Part shown: in pieces, positions 9,107 through 19,053 of the stretch
Position numbering within the stretch: position 1 is the stretch's first letter
Layout: every line of letters starts with the position of its first letter
DNA from: an uncultured Acidobacteriota bacterium
GTDB lineage: Bacteria > Acidobacteriota > Blastocatellia > RBC074
DNA length: 64,000 nucleotides
Assembly (NCBI GenBank): GCA_963796275.1
Contig: CAWCKY010000003.1
Coordinates: forward strand, 256,001-320,000
Direction: 5' to 3'
Translations under genes and position numbers: made by a program
The notes under the pieces: generated by a model
What the model was told of the DNA's origin: nothing
The model's database searches: none
What the model saw: only the letters and a program-made list of their open reading frames with translations

Positions 9107-12100
9107 ATGTTAAACAAACGGAGAGGGTGGATGGTGAAGAGTCTGTTTTTCGCATTGGTCGCGGGACTTATGGCGGTACCCTCGCTCACCGGATTCACAC
9201 AATCGGATAATTCTCAACTGTCAGGATTCGCTAAGGATCAGGCAGGAGGCGCCATCTCAGGCGCCAAGGTCACAGTCAAGAACGAAACGAGAGAGTTCCA
9301 GCGAACAACTACGACAAATGCCGAAGGGTATTATGTAGTATCAAGTTTGCCTCCCGGGCTCTACACGATCACGGTTGAGGCGAACGGTTTTAAACTATTT
9401 CAGGCGACCGGCAAAAAACTAGATCCGAACATAGCTGCCAATGAAGACGTGACTCTCGTGCCCGGCCAATTGACGGAGACGGTCAACGTCACGGCATCAA
9501 CTGCTTCAGTGCAGACTGAAACGGCTACGGTGGGGAAGCTGGTTGAAGGTAAACAGATCGAAGCCCTGCAACTTAACGGGCGCAACCCCCTCTTCCTCGC
9601 CCAGCTAAAACCGGGTGTCGCGGGTAATGCGATGGGCGGGTTCAATTTTGGCCTGACCACCGCGGGGCTGAATATCAATGGCTCGCGCACACAGGATAAC
9701 CTGATCACCTTCGATGGCGCCGTCGCCGTACGCACCCGTTCGAACGGCACGAGCATCGGTGTGGCCGATCTCGATTCAACGCAGGAGGTGCAGGTCCTCA
9801 CCGCAAACTATAACGCCGAGTACGGCCGCGCGGCGGGGGGGCAAATCCGCATCGTGACCAAGAGCGGAAGCCGCGACTTCCACGGCAACTTTTACGAGTA
9901 TCTGCGTAATTCCGCGTTTAACGCCAATGAGTGGAGCCGCAATGCAAACGCGCCGCCCAACCAGCCCTGTAGCGATCCTCAGTTTGAAAAGGCAACGCAT
10001 TGCCGGCCTAATCCGTTCCGCTTCAATCAATTCGGATATAACCTGAGCGGGCCGGTCATCATCCCCGGCACTGGCATCAACCGTGATCGCAACAAACTGT
10101 TCTGGCTTTGGGGGCAGGAGTGGCTGCGGGAGAGGAGAGCGCTCAACCGCTCGCTAATCGTGCCGACGCAGAGGATGAGGAATGGAGATTTCGGCGAGCT
10201 GCTCGATCCGAATAATGTATATATCCGCGGAGGCCTGCAGGTAAGGCATCCGGGCACGGGTGTGGCATTTGACAATAATGTGATCCCGCAAGAGATGCTC
10301 AGTGCCAACGGCATGGGGATATTGAGAGCTTTTCCTGAACCGATTCCCGGCTTCATAGGGGCTGGCGGACAGAATTGGTTTGCTGAGCGCCCGCTCACTA
10401 CCGATCAGCGCAAAGACACGCTCTCGATCGACTTCTATCCTAACGAACGGCATCAACTCAGATGGCGTTTGCAGCTCTATAATTTCGTCGAAAATTCCCC
10501 GTTTCCGTTTGCCGGCGATCCTGGTTTGACGCCACGAATCTTCGATCGTCCCAACCAGACGACATCGATCAATTGGGTCTGGACCATTTCACCTAACTGG
10601 GTTAGTGAAACGCTCGTGGCCGGCAGCCGTGATCAGGTCTTCATCAGTGTGGACGGGAGCGCCGATTTATTGAGGAGGAGCAGATACGGAATCAATTATC
10701 CGTACATATTCCCCGATCGAAAGGAGATTAACGATAAGATCCCGACCATTGACGGGCTATCGCCCTTCGGACGCCTCGATGGAGGCCCATATCCGGCACA
10801 ATCTACCGGGCCGATCTACCAGGTATCCAACAATCTGACCAATATCCGTGGCAGTCACACTATCAAGTTCGGCGCCTATTTCGAGCGCGCCGGTCAAAAT
10901 GACTTCGATCAGATCAACGTTAACGGCACACCCGGCGGCACCAACAATCAGAACGGCCGGTTTGCCTTTGTCGATGAAAGACAAGGAGGCGTGCTTATCA
11001 CGCCGTCCATTGTTAATGCCGCCCTGGGACGCTTCAACACATACGCCGAGATCGGACAGCGATCATTCACTCCATACCGCGGCCATATGTTCGAGTGGTT
11101 CGCACAGGATGGCTGGAAGGTCACGCCCAAGCTGCGTATGGAATTCGGTCTACGCCATACCATCATCCAGCCTTACTATAGCCTGTGGGGCAACATGGTG
11201 GTTTTCGACGAGCGGTATTACGATCCTAACAATGTCGTCACGCAGAATCCGTCGAATGGATTTATCACCGGCGGTGACCTGCGTGCGCAATACAACGGGC
11301 TCGTCATTCCTGGCGATGGCTGGCCTCCTGCCGCCGCCGGACGCATCGATCTGGTAAATAACCCGGACTACGCGTTTCTCTTCCGTGGCGATCCGAAGCA
11401 GTATTCTGATATTCATAAAAATACCTTCCAACCGCGGGTGGGTATCGCCTATGCGTTCAATGACAAAACAGTGATACGGGCCGGCGCCGGCCGCTTCCTG
11501 ACACGCCTGGGGGTGAGCGATTCGGTCTTCCTCGGCGGGAACCCGCCTTTACAACCGACCGTCTCGGTGACCAATGGCATGGTGGACAATCCGGGCGGCA
11601 TGGGCAGTAACGCATTCCCGTTGGCGATCACGACGCAGGATCGCGTCTTCAAGAACCCCGAATCCTGGGCATGGAGCGCGACCGTTCAGCGCGAAGTCGC
11701 TTTCAACACTACGATTGAGATCGGTTATGTCGGAAGACGCGGATTGCATGGGCAACGCGAGCGCAACCTCAATCAGCTCGAACCGGGCACAATACAGGAC
11801 AATCCGGGTATCAATGCCGATTACCTGCGTCCGTACAAAGGTCTGGGCATTATCCGTGTAACCAACAACGATGCCAACTCGAGCTATCACGGTTTCCAGG
11901 TCGGAGTTGACCGCCGGTTTAGCCAGGGTCTCGGATTCGGCGTGGCTTACACTCTGTCGAAGGTGATGGATGATGGATCGGCGCAGCGATTCGTCATTCC
12001 GAACACCGATGATGCAAGCACTCTCTGGGGACCGGCCGACTACGATCGCCGCCACGTCCTGGTGCTGAATGCGATCTACGAATTCCCATTCTTCAAGAAT

Positions 12101-12634
12101 TATTCGAAGCTGACCGGGAAAATATTAGGCGGCTGGAGCATCAGCGCGATCTCGCAATTCCAGACCGGAACTCCATTCTCTATCACTTCCGGCGATGACT
12201 TCGCGGGAGTCGGACCGGGCAGTGGGCGCCAGTTCTGGGCTATCACTGGCGATCCGCAGCTCGACCATAGTTTCTCGGGCAATGCCGCGGACGACAATTA
12301 CTGGTTCCGGGCGACTGCCGTTGCACCGGGAACAGGAACATTCGCCAATCAGAAGTTCCGCAATTTCATTTACGGTCCTGGATTCCAGAATCACAACATA
12401 GGGATATTCAAGACCTTCTTAATCACGGAGAGACATCGCCTCCAGTTCCGCGCCGAAGCTTTCAATTGGCTGAACCATCCAAACTGGGGTGGTGGTAATG
12501 GAACTGGCACATACAATGCGAACGACGGCACCGCAGATGGCATTGGGCTCAATCCTCTCAGTGCTAATTTTGGAAAGGTAGCGACCAAAGGAAGCGAGCG
12601 CCAGTTGCAGTTCGCGCTCCGTTATCAGTTCTAG
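9107..12634 (+). CDS. TonB-dependent receptor, Oar-like, with N-terminal carboxypeptidase-regulatory-like domain
   Basis: Signal peptide, LPPGLYTITVEANGFK, LNGRN, YNAEYGR, TKSG, FQPRVG and C-terminal RQLQFALRYQF. Confidence 0.92.
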   Translation: MLNKRRGWMVKSLFFALVAGLMAVPSLTGFTQSDNSQLSGFAKDQAGGAISGAKVTVKNETREFQRTTTTNAEGYYVVSSLPPGLYTITVEANGFKLFQATGKKLDPNIAANEDVTLVPGQLTETVNVTASTASVQTETATVGKLVEGKQIEALQLNGRNPLFLAQLKPGVAGNAMGGFNFGLTTAGLNINGSRTQDNLITFDGAVAVRTRSNGTSIGVADLDSTQEVQVLTANYNAEYGRAAGGQIRIVTKSGSRDFHGNFYEYLRNSAFNANEWSRNANAPPNQPCSDPQFEKATHCRPNPFRFNQFGYNLSGPVIIPGTGINRDRNKLFWLWGQEWLRERRALNRSLIVPTQRMRNGDFGELLDPNNVYIRGGLQVRHPGTGVAFDNNVIPQEMLSANGMGILRAFPEPIPGFIGAGGQNWFAERPLTTDQRKDTLSIDFYPNERHQLRWRLQLYNFVENSPFPFAGDPGLTPRIFDRPNQTTSINWVWTISPNWVSETLVAGSRDQVFISVDGSADLLRRSRYGINYPYIFPDRKEINDKIPTIDGLSPFGRLDGGPYPAQSTGPIYQVSNNLTNIRGSHTIKFGAYFERAGQNDFDQINVNGTPGGTNNQNGRFAFVDERQGGVLITPSIVNAALGRFNTYAEIGQRSFTPYRGHMFEWFAQDGWKVTPKLRMEFGLRHTIIQPYYSLWGNMVVFDERYYDPNNVVTQNPSNGFITGGDLRAQYNGLVIPGDGWPPAAAGRIDLVNNPDYAFLFRGDPKQYSDIHKNTFQPRVGIAYAFNDKTVIRAGAGRFLTRLGVSDSVFLGGNPPLQPTVSVTNGMVDNPGGMGSNAFPLAITTQDRVFKNPESWAWSATVQREVAFNTTIEIGYVGRRGLHGQRERNLNQLEPGTIQDNPGINADYLRPYKGLGIIRVTNNDANSSYHGFQVGVDRRFSQGLGFGVAYTLSKVMDDGSAQRFVIPNTDDASTLWGPADYDRRHVLVLNAIYEFPFFKNYSKLTGKILGGWSISAISQFQTGTPFSITSGDDFAGVGPGSGRQFWAITGDPQLDHSFSGNAADDNYWFRATAVAPGTGTFANQKFRNFIYGPGFQNHNIGIFKTFLITERHRLQFRAEAFNWLNHPNWGGGNGTGTYNANDGTADGIGLNPLSANFGKVATKGSERQLQFALRYQF

Positions 12635-12658
12635 ACTTCGCCTCTCATGGCTTATGGC

Positions 12659-12694
12659 CGCCCGTTCGGGAGAAATCCCGGGCGGGCTTTTTTA
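12659..12694 (+). terminator. intrinsic terminator
   Basis: GCCCG(tt)CGGGA-gaaa-TCCCG(gg)CGGGC followed by T6. Confidence 0.8.
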
Positions 12695-12719
12695 TATAGC
12701 TATAAAGGATCACCCGCCC

Positions 12720-12752
12720 AAAAAATACGAACGCCGAGGTTTATCTCGGCGT
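12720..12752 (-). terminator. probable terminator of the btu operon
   Basis: ACGCCGAG-gtttat-CTCGGCGT hairpin with a T-rich tail on the minus strand. Confidence 0.5.
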
Positions 12753-12838
12753 CGTCGTGGTTGAAACCTGCAGGAATCTAACCAGCTATCATTTAAATTC
12801 TTAGTCAATTACCGGGTTGATTTTTTACCGGGTCGTGG

Positions 12839-15220
12839 TTACTTGGATCCGCCGATCCTGAACTTCATGCCCGCCGAAAAGTTGAGGCGATAGGCTGGAT
12901 AGCCTAGCACTTCCTGATATCTCCGATTGAGTAGGTTTTCGATGCGCCCGAACATGCTCCACCATGAAGTGAGGCTGTAGGATCCGGTCAGATCGAGCTT
13001 CTGATATCCTGAGTTGTATATCGGTCCTCCCTGCCCATCGAATCTAAGGAATGTCACCGGATCTGCATCGCGCCGCTGACCTACGAACAGGCTGTAAAGA
13101 TTTATATCGAATTTACTGGCAACCAGTGAAGCATACACCGAACCAGAATTGCGCGGCCTACGCAGAAGCGGCAGCCCTACTTCGGGGTTTGCTATCAGCT
13201 GAGGGACCGCCGCGCTGAAATCGAGGATGTCGGCTGATGAAGTCAGCTCCGTCTTGAGAAGCGTGTAACTCCCGCCGATCTGCAGCCACCGGTTCGGATG
13301 CAGATTTACCGCTAGTTCGAAGCCGCGAGCTCGCGCGCGGTCGTTGTTGATGTAATTGGTCAACCGGCCGTCCGACAGCATTATCGGTCCGCCGAACGTC
13401 GCTGGATTGCCCACGAATGTAATGATGTCCAGGTACCGGTTATCGAAATATATTCCTTCTATACGGACGCGGTCCCATAAAAGGTATTGCTCGATACCCA
13501 CATCGAAATTGCGCGCGCGTTCCGGCCTCAGCTCCGGATTACCGAAGAATTGCGGGTTGGGACTGAATGCTTCAATCAGCGTCGGGGTTTTCATCCCGTA
13601 ACCGTAGTTGGCTTTCAGTTTCGTCGGGCCACGGCGAGCCTGCAGCCCGGAGAGACTCAGCACATAGATCATCGAGATCTTAGGCATAATTTTGGTCCCG
13701 TACCCCACTTTGCCGGTGTAGGGTGTGGAGCCGAGATCGCTCGCCGCAGTTGCAAAGCTCGCCGGCACTTGGGCGCGATTATATTCAACGCGCGCTCCGG
13801 CGGTGACGAAGAATCGCGGTCCGTAACTGAACTGGTCCTGTAGATAGGCGCCCCAACTAGTGCGGTTGGCGTTGACGCGAGTCAAATTGACAAAACCATT
13901 GTCGAAGACAGCACCCTCATCTTCGTAATCGACCCCCAAAGTAGCGAAGTTCCTGCTCGAGAGGACCATGTTGCTTTGATATCGCACACCACGGCGGCGT
14001 TGATAATTGTTGAAGTAAGAGACGAAATCGTTACCGAATGCAGCCGTATTGAGCGGCGTCGATGCCTGGCTCAAATCCTGTGCAGCCGGATCGAAAGCCA
14101 GGCTTTTGCTCTGTGAAAAAGCGAACGTCACGCTTTGTTGCCAGAAATTTCTCGTCTGATCATCGAGTCGCAGTCCCAGCGTGTTCCGCCTCGCTTTTGC
14201 GCGCTCGTCCGGGTCGGGAAATAGATATGCAGTCGGGCCGGCGACGCCCAGACCCGAATTATCATTTCGCGTGGTAAGACGCAGTTGCGTGCGCCGGCTG
14301 AACCAGAATCCGAGATTCGCCGTTGCGACGCGGTTTTGATAATCATCATTGCGATCGAGCCCGTTGGTGTTGAGGTGCGTATAGCTGAGCGAATAATCGA
14401 GCATGCGCGACATTCCCGATAAGCGGGCCAATTCGCGGTTAAATGCGTAGCTTCCGCCCTCGCCCGAAAACACGAACTCGGGCGTCGACGTCGTGCCCCG
14501 ATGGGTGAAGAACTGCATGACTCCGGTCATCGCATCCGAGCCGTAAGTCGCGCTCTGCGCCCCGCGGACCAATTCCAGCCGCCCCGCATTGTCGGTCGTT
14601 AAATCCGCAAAATTGAACGAGCCGCCCCCATCGTTTACCGGTACACCGTCGATCAATACCTTGGTGTAATCCGAATCGCCCCCGCGGATGAAGAGCGAGG
14701 TTAAGCCTCCGCGCCGTCCCGTTTGCGCGACCGAGACTCCGGGCGAGAAACGAAGTGCATCGAAGGCGTTTACATTTTGTGCCCGCAGCAAGTCATTAGC
14801 CGAGATGACGGTCGTGCTGGAAGGGGTTTCTCCGATGAGTGAATCCGTACGGGTGGCCGATACCACGACGGCATCCTGAATTGCGGCGACGATGAGCGGG
14901 ACGACGATTCGATACTCACGCCCCTCTGCTATCTTGACGGGCTGTGCGCCGCCGCTCTGGGTCAGCCCTTCAGCCTCGACTGCGAGCGCATAATCTCCGG
15001 GTCGCAGATTTAGAAAATTGAATTCTCCTTCATCGCCAGTAAGCGTCTCGCGCACTGCGAGCTTGTTAGCGAGCAGTACCACCCGCGCGCTTTTTACGGC
15101 GACTCCTCGCGCATCGGTTACGATCCCACGTAGAATACCGGAAGGTATTTCTGCCGATGTCTGCAGAAAAAGAGAGCAGACAAAAATAGCGAGCGATATT
15201 AGTTTGATCAATGACTTCAT
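12839..15220 (-). CDS. btuB: TonB-dependent receptor, BtuB-like (cobalamin)
   Basis: VVVSATR, IRGG, VLIDGVP, ELVRGAQSATYGSDA plug motifs, NPELRPE and LLRRP; last gene of a cobalamin-riboswitch operon. Confidence 0.8.
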   Translation of the reverse strand: MKSLIKLISLAIFVCSLFLQTSAEIPSGILRGIVTDARGVAVKSARVVLLANKLAVRETLTGDEGEFNFLNLRPGDYALAVEAEGLTQSGGAQPVKIAEGREYRIVVPLIVAAIQDAVVVSATRTDSLIGETPSSTTVISANDLLRAQNVNAFDALRFSPGVSVAQTGRRGGLTSLFIRGGDSDYTKVLIDGVPVNDGGGSFNFADLTTDNAGRLELVRGAQSATYGSDAMTGVMQFFTHRGTTSTPEFVFSGEGGSYAFNRELARLSGMSRMLDYSLSYTHLNTNGLDRNDDYQNRVATANLGFWFSRRTQLRLTTRNDNSGLGVAGPTAYLFPDPDERAKARRNTLGLRLDDQTRNFWQQSVTFAFSQSKSLAFDPAAQDLSQASTPLNTAAFGNDFVSYFNNYQRRRGVRYQSNMVLSSRNFATLGVDYEDEGAVFDNGFVNLTRVNANRTSWGAYLQDQFSYGPRFFVTAGARVEYNRAQVPASFATAASDLGSTPYTGKVGYGTKIMPKISMIYVLSLSGLQARRGPTKLKANYGYGMKTPTLIEAFSPNPQFFGNPELRPERARNFDVGIEQYLLWDRVRIEGIYFDNRYLDIITFVGNPATFGGPIMLSDGRLTNYINNDRARARGFELAVNLHPNRWLQIGGSYTLLKTELTSSADILDFSAAVPQLIANPEVGLPLLRRPRNSGSVYASLVASKFDINLYSLFVGQRRDADPVTFLRFDGQGGPIYNSGYQKLDLTGSYSLTSWWSMFGRIENLLNRRYQEVLGYPAYRLNFSAGMKFRIGGSK

Positions 15221-15351
15221 TGTTATTTTGCTCCTCAGAAAAACAGACAGGACTTACGGGGTCTTTCAGGATTTGTCTAATTCGCTAATCCTGAAAAATC
15301 TCATAAACCCTGTCTTCTCTCTGCGCTTTCACTGTGTCGTAACAATCTTGA

Positions 15352-15731
15352 TTATTTTCGTGGGCCGATCAGTTTCCACTCTATCCTATCACCATTTTTT
15401 GTAACGTATTTGCCCGCGCCGGCTTTCGCCTTCGCGCCGTTAACATAATAGATCAGGTAATAGCCATTGCCATTATTCACACCGTTGATCTCTTCCACAA
15501 GTTCGCCCATCTGATTCCCGCTCGTGCGAATCCGCGCGCGCGCTTTGAGAATCTCGAGCGCAGTCTTTCCATCCTCTCCCTCATAAGCGATAACTAATCG
15601 CTCAGCAGGCGCCTGTGTAGACGATGCCGTCGCGGTATTCGGCGTCTTTACCGGTGGGCGTTGGGCGCAAGCGCTATAGCTATCACCCATGACAGGATGA
15701 AAACCCCTGATAAAGATTTAAATGTTTTCAT
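15352..15731 (-). CDS. DUF4430 (transcobalamin C-terminal-like) lipoprotein with an apparent 1-nt deletion in the signal peptide
   Basis: C-terminal VEEING...YYVNG..A..GAGKY...GDRIEW; ATG 15731 overlaps the btuD stop; span is 380 nt, one short of a multiple of three; lipobox-like SAC. Confidence 0.65.
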
Positions 15732-16501
15732 TGAGCGCTTATCCATGAAATACGAGGTTTGCCGCTCTGCGGATGTCGATCGACCAAAAGCGGCGTTCCG
15801 AACACTCGCACGAGCAGATCGGCGGTCATCACATCTGATGGAGTGCCAACGGCCAGGAGCCTCCCTTCATTCAGCAATGCCACGCGATCGGCGAACTCCG
15901 CAGCCAGGTTTATCTCGTGGGTGACAACGATGGCGCCGAGGTTTTTTTCGCGGGTCAGCTCACGGACGTACCTGAGCAGGGATATCTGATGAGCGATATC
16001 CGCGTTCGCCGTCGGTTCATCCAGCAAGAGCAGACGCGGCTCCTGAGCGAGAGCGCGCGCGAGCACGACGCGCTGGCGTTCGCCGGACGAAAGTTCATTG
16101 AATCTTCTTCCGGCGAATTGGATGGCGTCCGTGTCGCCGAGCGCCTTGACCGCGATTTCGAGGTCCCTCGGCGAATCGAATCCGAGGGCGCCCACGTATG
16201 CGAAGCGTCCGGTCAGGACATACTCGAGGGATGTCAGCGGAAAACGAACCTCGCCTGATTGTGCAACCAGCGCCATTCGCCGCGCGGCTTCGCGCCGTGA
16301 AAAGTCCGCCACCGGGCGGGCATCAAACAGCACCTCGCCGGTCTGGGGCTTGAGTGCGCCGTGGGCGACTGCGAGTAATGTCGATTTCCCCGATCCGTTT
16401 GGTCCGAGCAGCGCGACGATCTCACCTGCATTCACGGTGAGCGTGATGCCGTAGAGCACCTGGCGATGGTAACTGAAATTGATATCCCTTAGTTCGAGCA
16501 T
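15728..16501 (-). CDS. btuD: cobalamin/Fe-siderophore ABC transporter ATPase
   Basis: GPNGSGKST, LSSGERQR, LLLDEPT and THEINLA motifs. Confidence 0.85.
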   Translation of the reverse strand: MLELRDINFSYHRQVLYGITLTVNAGEIVALLGPNGSGKSTLLAVAHGALKPQTGEVLFDARPVADFSRREAARRMALVAQSGEVRFPLTSLEYVLTGRFAYVGALGFDSPRDLEIAVKALGDTDAIQFAGRRFNELSSGERQRVVLARALAQEPRLLLLDEPTANADIAHQISLLRYVRELTREKNLGAIVVTHEINLAAEFADRVALLNEGRLLAVGTPSDVMTADLLVRVFGTPLLVDRHPQSGKPRISWISAQ

Positions 16502-16543
16502 TTACCTCGCATCTACTTGCCCTGACCGCCGAGTAAATTCACC

Positions 16544-17605
16544 TTACTTACGTTTGCGAACCAACAGGTAAATAAATACCGGTGCGCCGATCAGCGCGGT
16601 GATCGCGCCGGTCGGCAGTTCACGCGGAGACAGGACGGTGCGAGCGACGGTGTCTGCGATCAGGACCAGAATCCCACCGGCCACCGCGCTCGCCGGTATT
16701 GCCAGCCGATTGTCGGTGCCGGTCGCCAGCCTTACCACATGGGGCACGACCAACCCCACATATCCGATCGCGCCGCCGGCGGCGACGGCTGCCCCCGTCA
16801 AGAATGATGCCGTCAGATAAACTATCCAGCGTACGCGGGTTGTTTCGACCCCGAGCGCGAAAGCGTCGCGTTCCCCGATCATCATCAGATTCAGGGCGCG
16901 CGATTGCGTCATCAGAACGATCACGGCGGCGAAGGCGGCGATGATGACGAAAATCAATCCTTCGATGGTTCCGCTCGATAGGTCACCGAGCAGCCAGAGC
17001 GTGATGTTGCGTAATTTTGCATTATCTGCGAGCGCGGTCAGGAGGACGATCACCGAAGAGAGAAATGTCGACATTACCACGCCTGCGAGTATCAGATGCG
17101 CCGGGTCGTCTTCGCGCCGTCCCAGGCGATAAACGATCAAAGTGGCTGCCGCTGCCCCGGCGAATCCCAGAAGCGGGCGGCTCATTGCATATTCGGAGGC
17201 GAACATGATGGCGATGATCGATCCTACCGCTGCCCCGCCTGAGACGCCCAGTACGTAAGGATCGGCGAGTGGGTTTCGCAGCAGTGCCTGAAAGGCCGCT
17301 CCGGCTATCGCCAATGACGCGCCGACCCCGAGAGAGAGCGCGATACGCGGTAAGCGCAGGCTGAAGATGATAATCTCCTTTTCCGGAGAGATGTTTGACG
17401 CCGCCCCGAACAATTTTGACCAGAGAGCCTCGACGATTTGACTCGCTGCAATCGGTTCACTGCCCATCGACAGCGAGCCTATGGATGCGGCTATCATCAT
17501 GACGACCAATGACAGCATCACGACCGTCGCCCGCCGCTTTGTCAAATAACCGGTTAGCGCTGGCGGTTCGTCGGCTTTCGTTTTTAGCAGTCCGCCGGTC
17601 TTCAC
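16544..17605 (-). CDS. btuC: FecCD/BtuC-family ABC permease
   Basis: LRLPR, RNPLADPYVLGVSGGA, GYVGLVVPH and ELPTG...GAP motifs. Confidence 0.85.
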   Translation of the reverse strand: MKTGGLLKTKADEPPALTGYLTKRRATVVMLSLVVMMIAASIGSLSMGSEPIAASQIVEALWSKLFGAASNISPEKEIIIFSLRLPRIALSLGVGASLAIAGAAFQALLRNPLADPYVLGVSGGAAVGSIIAIMFASEYAMSRPLLGFAGAAAATLIVYRLGRREDDPAHLILAGVVMSTFLSSVIVLLTALADNAKLRNITLWLLGDLSSGTIEGLIFVIIAAFAAVIVLMTQSRALNLMMIGERDAFALGVETTRVRWIVYLTASFLTGAAVAAGGAIGYVGLVVPHVVRLATGTDNRLAIPASAVAGGILVLIADTVARTVLSPRELPTGAITALIGAPVFIYLLVRKRK

Positions 17606-18522
17606 GGGTGCAGTCCTCGCGCCAGTTGTTCGAGGCCGTCCACGATGCGTGGCCCCGGACGGTCGAACCAGTCAGGATTGACGGTGATGATCCGATTGGA
17701 ACGAACCGCCGGCGTCGTCGGAAAGTCCCGGCGCAGATCCTCTTCGCGCACAAACTCTTTGCCGTGGCTGGACGGCGCGATGATGACCTCGGGAGCGCGC
17801 GCGATGACCGCCTCGCGTGAAAATTGCGGATAATCCGCCGCCTCGTCGCCGGAGATCGATCGGCCACCCGCAATCATAATCAAATCATTGATGAATGTAT
17901 TACGGCCGGCGGTGATCAACGGGCTGGTCTGCAGAACATAGAGCACGCGCGGTTCGGGTAGACCTTTCACCCTCGATTCGACGGCGCTTATCCGCCGTTC
18001 CATCTCATCGGCGATCTCCGCTGCCCGCGCGCCTGCTCCCGTCGCTTCGCCGAGCTTTCGGATCGTCGCCACGGTCTCACGCACCGTGCGCGGATTCGTC
18101 ACATAGACCGGAATTGCCAGCTGGTCGAGTTTATTAGTCATATCTTCAAGCTGGCTCGCAGTGGTTGTGAGCACCAGATCGGGTTTTAGCCCGATGATCC
18201 GTTCGAGGTTGGGATGTAGCGTATCGCCGATTTTCTCTTTGGTTTTCGCCTCTGCGGGAAAATCGCAATAGCTCGTGACGGCGGCGATTCGATCGCCCAG
18301 CCCGAGCGCGAAGAGAATCTCGGTTATATTGGGCGCCAGCGATATGATACGCTTCGGGTTGGCTCTGATTTTGACGCTGCGGCCGAGGCCATCCGTGAAA
18401 TTGCGCGGATCAGGCGATTCACTGGTTGCCGGGTTATGATGACAGCCGAGACATAGTGCGGCTAGAAGAATCGTGAGCCCGTAATGAAGAGCGAAATGCT
18501 TTTTTAAGAATAACCGTCGCAT
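17602..18522 (-). CDS. btuF: cobalamin-binding lipoprotein
   Basis: Lipobox LGC, RIISLAPNITEILFALG and RPGPRIVDG; first gene after the riboswitch. Confidence 0.85.
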   Translation of the reverse strand: MRRLFLKKHFALHYGLTILLAALCLGCHHNPATSESPDPRNFTDGLGRSVKIRANPKRIISLAPNITEILFALGLGDRIAAVTSYCDFPAEAKTKEKIGDTLHPNLERIIGLKPDLVLTTTASQLEDMTNKLDQLAIPVYVTNPRTVRETVATIRKLGEATGAGARAAEIADEMERRISAVESRVKGLPEPRVLYVLQTSPLITAGRNTFINDLIMIAGGRSISGDEAADYPQFSREAVIARAPEVIIAPSSHGKEFVREEDLRRDFPTTPAVRSNRIITVNPDWFDRPGPRIVDGLEQLARGLHP

Positions 18523-18713
18523 CCGTGAACATCCGTGGTGAATCCGGTTTTCTTGTGAGAGCCGGGAAAATAGACGAAAAAACAAAAGCCTCAGACGCAA
18601 CGAAGAAAGAATGTGCGTCTGAAGCTTCAGGTATTAAATATAAAAATGAAGACTCATTCGGGAGTGTTCCCGAAAGGACACGGCGCCCTTTCATCCGAAG
18701 GGTTGTCGATGAT

Positions 18714-18857
18714 CTTTCAGGCAGGTCTCCTGGCTTAATTTTGATGAAGGGCAGATTTTTTCGCCTTCACCGAAATGGTCTTTCACAGTGGCGGTGACCG
18801 CGCGGGATTTCAACCCGCTTCCCTATTCTCCCGCTATAAATGCGGGCACCTGAAAAT
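18714..18857 (-). promoter_or_regulatory. cobalamin riboswitch
   Basis: Minus strand reads CAGGTGCCC...AATAGGGAAGCGGGTTGAAATCCCGCGCGGTCACCGCCACTGT...AGCCAGGAGACCTGCC (B12 box). Confidence 0.95.
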
Positions 18858-18884
18858 GTTGATAAAGATCATTAACAGTAGGCA

Positions 18885-18913
18885 AACCTATCACGCGGTT
18901 CGGCCCCAGTCAA
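18885..18913 (-). promoter_or_regulatory. sigma70 promoter of the btu operon
   Basis: TTGACT-17 bp-TAGGTT just upstream of the riboswitch. Confidence 0.6.
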
Positions 18914-19053
18914 TTGATAGAAAATCGGGGCATGACGAGAGGATTTAATAACCAGTTGAAAACTTACCTATCAAGAACATTTGTGCGATTTAAAAAAACA
19001 GCTTGAGCGTTGACCCGAAAAAAGTGTAAAAGAGCGCAGGAGGAGGAATCTAA

